64,000 nt of DNA from Aplysia californica (Eukaryota): contig NW_004797384.1 of assembly GCF_000002075.1 (NCBI RefSeq), forward strand, positions 1,097,148 to 1,161,147, given 5' to 3'. Positions 33,731 through 47,132 of the stretch are shown here, in pieces; the stretch's first letter is position 1, and the number at the start of each line of letters is the position of its first letter. Position numbers and translations under genes: made by a program. The notes beneath the pieces were generated by a model that was not told where the DNA came from, did not search any database, and saw only the letters and a program-made list of their open reading frames with translations.

Positions 33731-35662
33731 CATTTCCTTATCCCGTAACTTATTCCTCTAATTGCATCAGTGATGACATGTGTTTTTTCATGTCCTCTCA
33801 TTTGTCCAGAGCTTCCCAGCTTTTGAAGCGTTAGAAGTGACGCATGATGCCGTCTGTGTGAAGCTCAAAGCTTGTCACATTCCCAATATTCTTTCCACTT
33901 TTGTTTTACTGTGAATACTCTGTTGGCGCCCTTAGAGAGAGTACTGTACTGTTAGTGAATATGTTGGTTTCTGGTGCAAAAACATCTGAAGCTGTAACAA
34001 TAATAACTGATAATAATTACATTTATATAATGCATATTCTACAGCCTGCACTTGGCACTTTACAACTATTCTCTTTTTATACTGGTAGTGCGCGGATAAG
34101 GTACTCAGATGGTCAATGTATGGTATGTCCGTCCGAGAGTCAAATAGGGATCAGAACTGTGGCAATCACCATTTTTGTGTGTATTGAATTTGTTTCGAGT
34201 TTGAATAAGGACAAGCGCCTTGACACATTAATGGTCATTTTCCTGGAAGAAAAAGTAAGAAAACAGAAACAACAGAGGGAAAGAAAAGAAGTTTGAACTA
34301 CCAGTGACGTCCTCCAGTCACAAGCTTTTGTTTTTTCTTTTCCATTTTTTGGGAATAATAAGAAACCTCTGAAGGTATTATTTGTTCACAGCTCGCTACC
34401 TTACCACTATCTGTTTGGACACTGGTAGAAATATTCTTGAGTTTCAGTTATCAAGAATTTCTGTCTTTGATCATAATGAATTAATATTCAAGGGCCTATA
34501 CTATACATGTAATAAATCCGCTGTCACTTTCAGTGCTGTTTTTAATGATTGGCTCAAGAATATCATCTTTTTCAAGGATATATCCACTGCGGTTTCCGAA
34601 AATTGTGTGAATGGTTCATTTTAGAGTTGTCAAATTTTATTTGTAGGCCAGTGAAATGTGCCTTGGGACTATACTAAAGGCAGGAAATCGTTGCCAGTAC
34701 AAAAGATATTTAGCAGCAAAAACTTGCAGGTGAATGGTAATCAGTGAAACAGGAAAAAGAACCAATGATGGGTACTGTGATCTTTCCTTTTTGTGTGCTG
34801 TATCGTGAAGACTTTATTGTTTGCTGAAGCAGTCTAGACAATGTCCATTTTCCTATTCTTGTTACTTTTTTAGTCCCCGAGTATTGTCCCAAACACAGAC
34901 ATCTGCCCTATTTCTCCCAGTACTGTGATGCTCAGTTAATTAATGGATTATCTTTTTGGCATTGTCCTTTTTTAAATACTGTAACCAGGAAATGTCCTGT
35001 TTCGCATTCAAATTTTTCACTGCCTTCACTAATGAAAATTTACAAAAGAATTGTCATGTATGATTTTGACAGTCTGTTTACGGGATCTTGCCTTAGATTT
35101 CCTGGTACCAGTCCAGTTAATGCTGTCGTAAAAAACAGCTTGTAATTCTTTGTATTCAAAAGTTTAATTTAGATATTAAAATGCTTGTTATTTTTCGCTC
35201 AGGTGACTGCCTGCCTCTGTCCCTCAATATGTTACCATCAACTTTGCCATTGTATTCTGGTTTGAATATATATAAACGTTGTTTCCAGCCCTTGGTTTTT
35301 AACCACTTTCTGCAGTCTCAGTAATTGGTCTTTGACCTTTGTTCTCTGGCGTAGCTCCGTAGGGTATTGATTCCTGTCACTTTTGATTGGTCAGTTGAGC
35401 TTTCTTATCTGTCAGTAATGTTATCACTTTGTGTGATAAATGAAAGCAATATTTTTGGCGACTTGGCATTAAAAAATCTGTGCTTGCGCATTTTAATGAG
35501 TTTGTGAAAGTACAATTTTATACAGCGTTAAGGGTTGTGAGCTTTAATCAGATTTATTCCCTTCAGATTGTTTCACTTCACCATTTAAAAAATTTTTTTT
35601 TAACTTTTCTTTTTTCTCACTTGTTTGCATCAGGGCCATGCTTGTCTTTCGTTATAAAATGT

Positions 35663-36096
35663 GAGGCAGAGTGGTAAAATCAGGTGCTCGTCAAAATAAT
35701 GAAAGTCAAGAAATTTGCATTTTCCAGCAAGTTTGGGAAGTTTTATAGCATTTTAATTTTGTTATTTGGTTCAACACCTTTCATGCCCATTAAAGAGCAC
35801 ATTTCTGTGTAGATTTTACTGAAACACGTTGATTAAAGGCAGAAGAAATGCAAATTTCAATTTCCACGGACTCTCAAGCCAAAGAAATAACTCAACTTTG
35901 GCGGCCATTTTCTCCCTAATTTTACCTCTGAAACCAGATGACCCTCTCCTCCTTCAATCACACATTCTCGACTTCTATTCAACATAGATGGATATTATTT
36001 TCTCCCAAAATAAGGAAAATGGACAGGCCTTAAGATCATGCCATCAACTCCATATGCCCAAAAATTGACGAGAGCCTGATTCCATTGTCGTGCCAC
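35663..36096. mobile_element. TIR DNA element of about 430 bp; second copy in opposite orientation at about 57120-57540
   Basis: TIR core aatcaggtgctcgtcaa / ttgacgagagcctgatt; the interior matches 57120-57540 in reverse complement (ttggcggccattttctc, tctcgacttctattcaa); the GAGGC terminus is Sola-like but unconfirmed. Confidence 0.75.
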
Positions 36097-36116
36097 AAAT
36101 AAACTTTGATCTGCTT

Positions 36117-36175
<59 letters not shown>

Positions 36176-39100
36176 CCCCTAATTCATGCCTAGTATTATT
36201 ATAGATAAGGCCTCTGGTATTGCTGAAATTGTTGAGGTAGCTGAAAGGTGTTGCTGATTGGTCCTTTTATCTTTTCTTTCACTGTTATTTTCATCCATTA
36301 TTTTCCTCCGTCTGTCTTGCTTTTTTTCAGTGTTTCTCTTCAATTCTAACAAACAATGAACACTTTTTGTTTCTTTTCTCAAACAGAAGTTCTTCTAGAA
36401 ACCATCTTTGCTTTTGCTCTTGCATACTTGATACAATACTGTTTGATTATGTTTTAAATATATAGTTTCGAACCCTCAATAATATAGATCATGTCGCCAA
36501 CAATATATTTAAGGGCTTTTATAATATTTTAGATGGAGGCGGGAACAGTCTGTAGTGCGCAATCTTTCATAATTTGTAAATATTTACCAATTTTGTGCCA
36601 ATCCTTTCTTGGTTATGTATTGGATGGTGTGATTTTTGTTGTCTTCATTTTGCATATTAATGAATGCGGACAGCAGAAAAATTTGTGACTCCGTTCTGTT
36701 TGTTCCCATTCCTTTGTTTTTATATATCATTTTTTCCAATTTCATAATGTTGGTTAGACGGGGGTTTTTTTAGTTTTTAGTCCTCATGTTTTAGATATCT
36801 AAGTGTCTGATGTTACAAAACTCAGCACAAGTGCTCAAAAATAGTCTTTAAAAAAAAACTATATGTATTTCTCTTTTTCCTTCCTCTTCTCTCTTGTTAG
36901 CAATTTTGTTTTATAATGCATTGTAAACTTTCTAAAATTTTAGAGCAGATTTTTAAGTATCTTTAACTCTGCATAATAGTAACTTTTATTTGTATTTTTT
37001 ATAGCTGCCTATCACACTACTGACATTTGAAGCGTTACAATACCGGTTACAAATAGTGACCGTTGTTTCTATGGAAAGGGTGTATACTTCTGTACATGTG
37101 TATTTTTTTACTACATTTTTTGTCTCTAAAAACTCAGCATCATATAGAAGAAAGAACAGCCAGGTCATTAAGGCTGTTTGCTTTGTTGCATAACTAGGGT
37201 TATGATCAGAACTAGCATTCTGCTTTAATGATATCTGTTATGTCCATAAAATGTTATGATTTTATCATGGAGGTAGGCTCACTTTGCCAGTATGCGATAC
37301 TCCATGTCGTCAGTGTTGCATCCAATCTGTGTACCTTTACAAATACAGTCAAAATTGTTCAAGACGGCTGCCCGTTGTTGAGAAGACAAGTGGTTGTTCT
37401 AGACAAGTTGATGTNNNNNNNNNNNNNNNNNNNNNNNNNNNNNNNNNNNNNNNNNNNNNNNNNNNNNNNNNNNNNNNNNNNNNNNNNNNNNNNNNNNNNN
37501 NNNNNNNNNNNNNNNNNNNNNNNNNNNNNNNNNNNNNNNNNNNNNNNNNNNNNNNNNNNNNNNNNNNNNNNNNNNNNNNNNNNNNNNNNNNNNNNNNNNN
37601 NGGGGGAAGTGGAAAGTGGTCATTTGTACAGGTAGGCTACTTGTTTTGGGCAGGTGGCCATAAGAGTAGGTTTGAGCATAGTAACAGGCTCAGGTTTAGC
37701 TCATGTCAGCCTCAGGGCCAGCTGAGATCTCCCTGTAGTAGTTCAGAATTGAAAAGTTGTGGTTTAATCAGTTCAAATGTTGAAAATTTGTTATGCTTTA
37801 AAATTTAACTGTAAAATTTGGGTTACTTCCCTCTACGCTGTAACTTGTTCTGAAGATTGCGTTTAGAAATATCCGTCATGAGATTAGGTTTAGAAATATT
37901 CTTTCTTTTGATTGCCGATGTTTAGATAAATCAGTTTCAAGGTTTTGTTTGGAAAATAAGTAACAAAATTGTATATTCTTTCTTTCAATTTCTGGGGTTT
38001 AGAAATAACAGTTTCAATACTGAATTTAGATTATATCAGCGAAATAACTCCTGTAATATTTTGGGTTGGTTGTTTTGGGGTTTTTTGTTTCTCTGTCTGA
38101 TTGCAACACTGACGATGTGAAAGAAACAATGTGACACAGACCTTTTTTATATCCATGGTTGTAAAACGGGGTGTTTGCAGTTTTTATTATTTTGAGTTTC
38201 CTTTTTCTTCATAAGGCCTGTTATATCATGATAAGTGATTTTGCAAATGGTGATGTGGCTTCTGTGATTACATTCAACTCTTGTAGATCTTTACAACCAG
38301 TGTGAATAGTCTGTACCTAGCACTTGCCAATCCTCTCTTTCTGTTGTTGTGAGAGCAAAAAAAAAAGTCAAACTGCTACTGGTATAGTAGTTTGTGGTTT
38401 ATATTGACAAAAACGTGTTTTAGATCAAGATTATTAGATCTAGTGGGCGTTCTTCTTTTACAGATAACCTTGTACATTCACATAGTTCTATGCTAAGGGT
38501 ATGTGTTCTATTTAAAGAAATGTGGCATATTCTAAAAATGTCGTCGTTGCAATATTTTCGCTTCCTTTTGTTCTCACTGCAATGTCTTTACTGCACTGTC
38601 AACTGTTTCTCTACAAGTGAAAGTTTGATCCTCGTACACTTTCATTTAGTGAATATAGTAGCATACTGTACATTGAAGTGTTTACTGGGATTGCAAACGG
38701 GGGTCTAGTGTAGAAGTTGTGTGTAAAAGAACAGAATCAGATAGTTGAATCAGTTTGTGAACACACTAATGTGCGAGTTGAATGAGATGATCATATTATT
38801 CATTATTTTTTCAAGTAATTAAATTGTAATGATTTCATTCCAGGTTGCTCTTGTGTTGCATGTGGCTGTATAGTGCTGCTACAGGTGTATAGTGTGTCTA
38901 GGTAGTTTTTTTGTGTTTGGCTGAATATAATAATACTATCTATGGCTAAGTAGTTTTGAGTTTAATATAATACACATTGGTTGCGTTATGTGAAATGATA
39001 TTTCATCAACATTCCACTGAGATATCTATAATATTTTTGTTGCTGTAGTTTTGTGTGCGGAGTGAGTAAAATGTGACAGGCGATGGGTTGATACTTGAAA

Positions 39101-39618
39101 AATGGGCTGAAATATCAAAATTTGTCTCATTTTAATTCTCTTTGGTTTTGATTTTCTCATTTGTATATAACATGTTCTTTTGGAATTTTTAATGAATGTG
39201 AGGGGAAGCAACAGTTGACTGCAGCAATAATTGTGAAGTCTCAAATTGTTTATGATGTGATATCATGCTAGATAGGACTCTTGCTGTGGTCTTTTATTCC
39301 TCTTCAGCTTGTAAGCGGGGACATTCGAGAATGTTTTGATAAGTGCCTTTCAAACAAATATAAGTACAGAAAGTTTGCTCATCATAAGTAGCAAAATATT
39401 GTTAATGTTTTTGACACCCCTCTATATAGAGAATTGAGGCTTACAGACTGGACCATTGGTTTCACTTCTTGAGAGTTTACCCATTTACTCAGACAGATGA
39501 GTTGTTCAATTCTTTCATAATCTAAAGAAATATGAACTTTTCTCTCTTTGAGCTCCTATGATTTCCTGTGGTGGTTCAAGAGGATGAGTCTTGCTGTGAA
39601 AGCTTATGCTTTGATTAA

Positions 39619-39909
39619 CCCTTCCAGCCCCATGCGCGTATATTTTCAGCAGCGTTTGTACTTCCCACCGTCCCAAGAGTGTATATTCTCAGTTTCGGGG
39701 GAACCAAATTTGCATATTTTTCAAACTTACCGAACGTAATTAAACTTGTTTTCTTAGTAGATCTATTTGCTCATTTATATGTTATTATCTAAACCTCATT
39801 ACAAAGATGCAACATACTTTTTAGAATGCTGACCTCTCTTTCTGAAATACTGCTGTATTGGCTGGGACTGGGGTTAGGGAGTGCACTAAAATGGCTGGGG
39901 CTGGAAGGG
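39619..39909. mobile_element. piggyBac-type MITE, 291 bp
   Basis: Perfect 14-bp TIR CCCTTCCAGCCCCA / TGGGGCTGGAAGGG; TTAA TSD on both sides. Confidence 0.9.
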
Positions 39910-40719
39910 TTAATATTTTATACGGCCCGTTCTTGAAAGCGAAAAAGATTCGATCTGGAGTGATATTTAGCAAATGAATTTTGAGCACTATCACATGTAC
40001 TTGAATTTATATTTTCTGAATGATTTTAAGTTTACGTGAGGGGTTTATTAATTCATTTTTCTCTTTTCTCCAGCCCAGTAGATAATATTGTTTTGGTCAT
40101 CTTCTTTGTATTAAGTCATTTATCGCGACTTTAAGATCTAATTCTCTGTTTAACTTTTTTTTAACTGTCAGAAACATAGATCTATTCTTAAGCATAATCT
40201 GCACCTTCTCATTTTTGTTTAATGTACTTTCTGTACATTGTTACTGTCAACTTGCATGGATTGTTGCTGTTGAAAGTTTGGGTTCAAGAGTAGATGGATA
40301 CATTTTTTTTACTCCAGGTTTTTTCTTTCTTATTTCATCTCATATTGTGTTCCCAGGAGGAGGCATGAGAAAATGATGAAGGGTTTCAGTGAATGTTTTA
40401 AGAAATTACATGTTAGAATTGCTAGATATAGTGTGAAGATTGGTACGTCTGTCGTTGTTGTTACGGTTGCTGTTTCTTTTGTCACTCTTGATGTTGACAC
40501 TGTTGCTGTTGTCACTGTTGCTGTTGTCACTGTTGCCAAGTGTTGCTGCTTGTTCGTGCTGCCTTTTCCTGACTGTGATCCTCTCTGATTCGTCTCTTCC
40601 CTCATCTTATTCAGGCCGTTGTCTTGCCTGATCCTGTGAAAAATCCCTGATAAGTGGCTAGACTATTTCGCTGATTTGCTTGTTAGGCTTTGGTAAAATG
40701 AGTCAGTCTATGTATAGTC

Positions 40720-40955
40720 TGATGTTCCCAGTTATATTTATTTGGGCATCATTTCACGAGAAAATGTTAGAAGGCGAAAGAGGCCGAGGTAGACTAACAA
40801 TAAGTTACTTACTGAACTTGGTTTGAACAAATGCGTGGTGACAGAAAAAAAAAGATAGGATACTGAGGGTTTTTGGAAGTACTCCAGGAGAGAAATGAGT
40901 GGTGTACCATGATTGCAGATGCCTGTTTCAGATCAGGTGCTTGAAGGAAAAGAAT
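40720..40955 (+). mobile_element. 5'-truncated RTE-clade LINE 3' end (family E), representative copy
   Basis: Translates ...MLEGERGRGRLTISYLLNL..., an RTE-type GKRxRGRPR motif, and ends ...MIADACFRSGA* followed by a GAA-rich tail. Other plus-strand copies at about 4940-5125, 10800-10900, 13586-13730, 14405-14530, 17780-17855, 19840-19960 and 25705-25920. Confidence 0.7.
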
Positions 40956-41126
40956 CATCAGTGGATCAGTTGTTCAGGATGGAGAAAAAAAGTTTTAAAA
41001 TTTTGTTGTGATACAGCTGAGTATAAACTGCAGTGGAAATTGTCCAAGACGGTACACATTGTCAAGAAGAAAAGGGATTGTCATAGACAGGTGGACATTT
41101 TGGAAAGTGTCATTATTATATATATG

Positions 41127-41299
41127 CAGTATAACAGGAATGGGTCGTACACAGAAGACTCGGTGTCCCGCATCCGTCAAATTGTGCCTGCTGTCCCCTT
41201 TTTTCTTCTTCTTTATCTTAGTAAGATATCCCTCAAAATACGGATCCCTCGAACTACCGAGGCCGGTCCCGACAAATTCAAGCTATCCGTTTTATACTG
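41127..41299. mobile_element. Tc1/mariner-pogo-type MITE
   Basis: CAGTATAA...TTATACTG termini; TA on the right, TG on the left. Confidence 0.55.
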
Positions 41300-42277
41300 T
41301 ATATAGAAAAAAATTCATTGGGTGAAGTAGGAAATGAGCGTTTGTACAGGTGATTGTTTTGAACAGATCGATGTTAGAGCAGGTTCGACTGTACTTTTCT
41401 GTTTCCTCTGGCTTTTATCTTTTCAACAAGAAGTCTTTCGGTGGGGGGAGAATAATGACATTCTGGTCATGTCGTTTCGCAGTGTTGATGAGGCCTATCG
41501 ATCTATATGTACCACATTTTCCAATTTTGAAGAAGAAACATAATATTGATGAACATACATTTTCTATTTACATTACATTCACAATTTTCTTCTTAACCAG
41601 TTATTCTCTATTTTTGCACCAGTTTTGTTACATTACGAGAAAATAAAGCAATATCTGTGTTTTCTGGAGTTTTGAAAATGTAATACATGTTGGGAATTCA
41701 TGAATGTTCAAATAGGGAAAACACAGTGAACGTTATCTGTGGATTTATAAATGTCTGGGCTGTCTGATGCTGCTCCTCTTAAGCAGCGATATAAACTGTC
41801 TATGTATGGTTAAATAGTCTGACAATGACAGGGTCGAAAATGAATTCAGTTCGTCTCTCTTCCATTTTATAAATTAAAATACTTTTTGTTAAGACTACAG
41901 ACGCTTTCATGCTTTTTTGTATTATTGTTCAGGATTGAAAGATGATGATAAAGGAAATGAGAGACACCATTGTTTTGTATGTGCAAAGCACTTTCTCATG
42001 TTGCAGATGCTTGAATACGTGATGTGTTGCCATCACAGGCTCAAAGGTTTTTAGCTGATGTAGAGTAACGGGTGCCTGTGATTGTTATTTCTTTTGTAAG
42101 GTGAGATTGTGGTGGTCTTTGGTGTAGGACCTTGTATCTAATATGTAACAGTATGATGGTCTGTAATGTATTACCAGGAATATACTGTCTGACATTGCGG
42201 TGGTCATTTATTTGTTACCACGTGTATGTAGTGAACATATGAATTGTGGTTGTCTGTAACATATGACCGCATATCTA

Positions 42278-42501
42278 ATCTGCCGTAAGCTGACAAAACG
42301 CCTTTTTTCATTTCTGGTGTTAAATTTTTGAATTTGCTAAATGTGTGAGAAAATCAAAGTGAAATTGTGGCTAGTTTTTTAATAAGTTAAAATTCAAATT
42401 TCGGAAGAACACCTTTTTCAAAAGGTTACCCTGACAGAAAAACATCTTTATCCCGAAACTGCCGTGAATAGAAAAAGGCGTTTCTTCAACTCACAGCAGT
42501 G
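42278..42501. mobile_element. MITE with about 27-bp TIR, CACTG (CACTA/EnSpm-like) right end
   Basis: ctgccgtaagctgacaaaacgcctttt versus aaaaggcgtttcttcaactcacagcagtg. Confidence 0.6.
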
Positions 42502-43084
42502 ACATGATGTAGTTTTGCATATCTATAACGTACTGTCTTTGTGGCCACTATAAAACATTACGGATTACCTAGAATAATGAAGTGCTATCATGGTTTTTTT
42601 TTCTTTTTTTCAAAATTATGGATGCTGTGTATTGCGTCTCATTTATTAAAAAAATAAATATTTGAATCGACTTTGATTGTTTCTTGTTTGCTTTATTTAA
42701 GAGAAGGTTAGTCGCACATTGTTGTCCAGAACTGTGCTAAGAAAAAGAAAGAGGATGAAAGAAGTAATAATGATGAGGATAATGATAATATAGAACATCT
42801 CAACTAAGTGAATTCCCAGAGATGACATGTGGATGGTTGGCGGGACCTCTGGTCTCGTTTCCTCCTTCTTTACTATCAAACATCTTTATCATTCCTGCTT
42901 CTTTTTTATGTTTGTTACTCTCTTGTAACACATTGGCAATTATATGACCCAATTGTGTTACATCTGCCGTTAAACGCTTATCTGACCAAAGCAGAGCTCT
43001 CCGACTGGTGGCAGAGAGGCGTCTCTTTCTTCCCGAGACACCCGAAAGGGTATAAGCGGCGGATAAAAGTAAAAGTAAAGTAAG

Positions 43085-44680
43085 CTAGTTGAGCTGTATA
43101 TCTGACAACTTCACAGGACTTTGCCGAGTATCTTACAAAAGTTGAAAAATCACAAAAAGAAGAAAAGCCCCTACAAGTTCACTATCTATCACCAGAAAGT
43201 CAAAATGAATTCATCCAATGTTGTGCATCAAAAGTGACAGACGTGACTTTGAATTCTTCAAATGAACCTCACCCCAGAAACACGGTCAGATTTGATTGGT
43301 ATTCTTAAGTACTTTGCATCATTTGAATGTGTGATAATGGCTTCTGTTAGGCTCAAAATCTTCACAGAAATAGAGTGTGCTTCAAGCACGAGATATGACG
43401 CTTGACGTTGAGGTGGCAAATATCAATAGTCTGTTTAAAGATCTGAAAAGCTTACGAGATGAATGGGACGCAATCTTACTTGAGTGGGTCCAAATTAGTA
43501 GCAGCACCCAGCACAACTATGACATTGAGGATTCATTCGCCGAAAAAGCAAAACGACAAAAGCGAAAAGGAAGCTTTTTGCAGACGAGACAGAAGATTTA
43601 ACAGACTACCAATGGAATATAATCCCGATAACAAATTCAAACATGACATTTTTTATGTCCTCATTGACTGCCTTCCTGGAAATTTGACGACAGGTGTAGA
43701 TATAATGCAGTGACAAAACTCGATTAGTTATTTAGTGTTTTGTGGAAATATCCCCAAGAGGAAGTCGTCGTTATTCGTGATCTTGCAAACAAATTGCACA
43801 CGGAATATGCAGTGGATGCATCAGCAGACCTTTGCGCAAGAGTTGGAACATTTGAAAGTGATTCATTCAGCGAATAATATTGGAGAAAATGTACTGCCGC
43901 CTCTTCAGTTGCTAAACAGACTTCATTCCCCGAAACTGGATGCCTTGTTTCCAAACGTTGAGAATCTTCTGCACCTTGCCTGTCACTGTCACACTGAGTC
44001 ACAGTTGCGCAAGCTGAACGTTCCTTCAGTACCCTTTCTCGGGTGAAAAACATTTTGCGTCCACAATGTGTCAAGACAGACTCAAAAGTCTTGGAACTTT
44101 GGAGAGGCCAGTCTAGAGCGAAAATTGGACTACGAACCAATAATTGACAGCTTTGCTAGAGCTAAATCCCGTAAGGCTCCGCTGTAAGAAAAATAAAGTG
44201 TGCTACATTACAATTTATTTTAATTTTTGTTATTGGTTTATTCCTACCTTCATTTTTAACTACCCGGTAAATCAGGAAAATTTTATGTTGACAATACCCA
44301 TCATTTGATCATGGAGGGGGGCGGGACAAATGAGGCTGGGGTGAGAGTGTGTGTGTGTGTGGGGGGGGGGGATTACTTTTACTTTTATACAAACATCTCT
44401 TTCGTAAAATGCATTTCNNNNNNNNNNNNNNNNNNNNNNNNNNNNNNNNNNNNNNNNNNNNNNNNNNNNNNNNNNNNNNNNNNNNNNNNNNNNNNNNNNN
44501 NNNNNNNNNNNNNNNNNNNNNNNNNNNNNNNNNNNNNNNNNNNNNNNNNNNNNNNNGTTAGGTGATTGTGTAATAATACGATGCTTTTTGTTGGGTTATT
44601 AAATTGCAGGTGAGGATGCATGGGTGGGGCCGGGGGAAGGATTGCTGCCCCAGGGCCCGACCTAGCTCTCGACGGCCCTG
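43085..44680 (+). mobile_element. Truncated hAT DNA transposon with the right TIR retained
   Basis: Right end ...gggcccgacctagctctcgacggccctg (reverse complement CAGGGCCGTCGAG, hAT-type terminus); left TIR not found. Confidence 0.75.
43100..44187 (+). pseudogene. Decayed hAT transposase (ZMYM1/Tip100-like), internally deleted, with frameshifts
   Basis: Fragments HYLSPESQNEFIQCC; LQARDMTLDVEVANINSL; FKHDIFYVLID; LFPNVENLL; hAT dimerization motif TVAQAERSFSTLSRVKNILR; ends IIDSFARAKSRKAPL*. Confidence 0.88.
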
Positions 44681-44713
44681 GATGATGATGACATCATCAT
44701 CATTATATAGGCC

Positions 44714-44770
<57 letters not shown>

Positions 44771-44850
44771 ATAATAATGATAGGCTAATAATAATGATAA
44801 CAAAGAAAAAACACAACAGCAAAAACAACAACAATAATAATAATAATGAG
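44714..44850. repeat. (AAT)n microsatellite
   Basis: Read directly. Confidence 0.9.
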
Positions 44851-45113
44851 GAAGCGTGCCGTTGTGAAGGCATGAATTGTGACTTGGGTGGGAAAGCCCC
44901 AAAGGACAATTAAACTTTTATAACCTCTTTGGAAAACCCTCTATTCAACTCTGAGCGACTAAGTTCCTTCCTTGTGCCCATGCGCTCATGAAAGCCAGGT
45001 TCTTCATACCCAAAGCTTTTAAGAATAAAAAATGAAAGAATTTGTCATTGAGTCAATATATAATATAATAATTTTATTATATTTATATTATAATTAGATC
45101 TATGTACATGTAC

Positions 45114-45146
45114 CACAGAATTCTACACTAAGTGTAGAATTCTGTG
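45114..45146. mobile_element. 33-bp perfect palindrome with 8-bp flanking direct repeat (possible minimal hAT-type MITE)
   Basis: CACAGAATTCTACACT-A-AGTGTAGAATTCTGTG flanked by acatgtac (45106-45113 / 45147-45154). Confidence 0.6.
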
Positions 45147-45529
45147 ACATGTACAGATCAAGCCCTTTTTGTTCAGCACCGCGTTACTCGCATTTATTAC
45201 AATTACTTCCCCTGTTATAGGCCTATCGACTTTCGACGGAGGAGGAAAAAAATGACTAGGCTACAAAGGGGCTGTGGATATTCCCAGATATTTTGGATTT
45301 TTTGTTCTAAACTCCTTGGGATAGCCCAATGCGTCCATTAGCGGGCTTAGCTATTCCCAAACCTTAATCCTATGACATGCTTGGCAACATCAAGCGCAAA
45401 AATCCTTTCACCAGAGACAAGGCAAAACTCAAAATTTGTTAGGCTATGTTTTACAACTCATTCTGAAAAAAAATCTTCGAAAGATGCCTCGAAAATTTAG
45501 ACAATGGCAACACCCATATTCTCCTTGGC

Positions 45530-45579
45530 CGAGAGACGAGATAGAGATAGATAGAGAGAGATCAGAGAGAGATCGAGAG

Positions 45580-45636
<57 letters not shown>

Positions 45637-45687
45637 GGGGTGGGGGGGAGATCAGAGAGAGAGAGAAGAAGAAAAAGGGAGAGAGAA

Positions 45688-45737
<50 letters not shown>

Positions 45738-45750
45738 AAAGAGAGAGCAA
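45530..45750. repeat. (GA)n microsatellite; others at 1566-1690 (TG/GA), 20510-20655 (TG), 20960-21200 (GA), 30403-30480 and 30877-30965 (CA), 36120-36172 (CT), 62958-63041 (CA)
   Basis: Read directly. Confidence 0.9.
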
Positions 45751-47132
45751 CACAGACAGAAAGGTAGGTAGATATAAGCAGACTGACAGCAGAGTCAAGG
45801 AGAGATCTAGGGGTCAATGTGAAAGATAATAAGCGGGGCACGATAAATTCACGCTGGTTTGGCACGCGCTCAAAGGAAACATTTAGGGCTACCATTCTAC
45901 GGGACATTGCCCCGAGGACACAGCCAGGCTAACTGAGTTCGAATCGTGAACAAAGCGAAGAAGCAAGATGACTGACCCAGTTTTTTGGTGCTATGAGAGG
46001 ACTGAAAATACGCACCCCCCCCCAAAAAAAAAAGACTAGATATCTAATAATAATAAAAGAAAATCAGCAATAAAAACGAATAAACGACGCACACATCATT
46101 ATGTTTGTCAAAGTCAACCAGCGTGAGCAAAGGTGACTGTTTCAACGATTAGACATCTTGTACTCGAAACAATCCCTTTTGTATTGAGAATGCGAAGCAA
46201 GTGACAGGTATTTTCACCATTCTAATTCAATAGTGTAGAATGTCTAGAAACCTGAAAAGAAAATAACAGTAAGTTTAATGACTGGCAACATATTTTGGAG
46301 AAAACCTTGCCTAGCCTTTGTCACGCATGCGTAATGCACTACAAAATTTGGGAATAGCAGGAAAGCTGCTAGGCCTATCCCCAAATGTTTGGGGATATCT
46401 CTCTAAATATAAAAACATCCGCTCGTCGCTTCTTGTGGCTTATCAGCAGGTACCCTACTCGTATGATGTGTTTATCATCATTGAATGACGAAGGGTGTGT
46501 GCATGCGTGTTAAAGAAAAGTAAACACAGGTGAGAGTTTGGCAGATGACTTGCGGACTGTCGAGACAATGCTCTTCACATGTAGATTCTAGATTTTTAAT
46601 AGATTAGAACTGTCTGAAATACTTACTTCCCGTATTGACAACACTTCCCTGTTGCTAGATCTAGAAAGACACCTCGGGCCTCGGTTTGTTGATTTGACTT
46701 CACTCAGCCCTCGCCTCACTCACTGGTCTCCCCCGGTGAGTCTTCGATCACGATCATTAGCCTATCATCGTAATTGAACTTCTGTGTCTGTGCTGGTACT
46801 CCGCAGTTCTAAGTTACCAGTGATTCACCCATATTCCACATTTTGTACTTCTATCCGAGTTTACCAGCATCAGGTTCAGGAGGTGTCTTGAGTAGCCATC
46901 ACAAAGTTCGATGATCTCATCTACTCTACAGAGGCCGACAAACAAGCCTACAGACTAGGACAGTAGCCTACTGACAACAGGTCTACGTGGGTTGTGACTG
47001 TGTGATCATGTGTCTTTCACTTGTCTTACAACCTGTGTGAATTGCTGTCAGTGGACAGGGATCAGATTAACTTCATCATGTGTAAATTTGTGTGTCATGA
47101 TCAATTATATGCCTTGTATAGATATAGATATT

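Noticed and set aside
33360-33761. Pro/Thr-rich 133-aa ORF overlapping the EEA1 stop
   Set aside because: It is in a different frame and arises from the C-rich tandem repeat, with no supporting splice or start context.
40330-40631. Val/Thr-rich ORFs on both strands
   Set aside because: Low-complexity (GTT/GCT/ACT)n repeat with no splice context or recognisable domain.
45436-45907. RE-rich and SL-rich ORFs
   Set aside because: Translation of a (GA)n microsatellite.
45265-46425. Possible TIR element (gctattcccaaa / tttgggaatagc inverted pair)
   Set aside because: Only short subterminal inverted matches; I could not define termini or a TSD.
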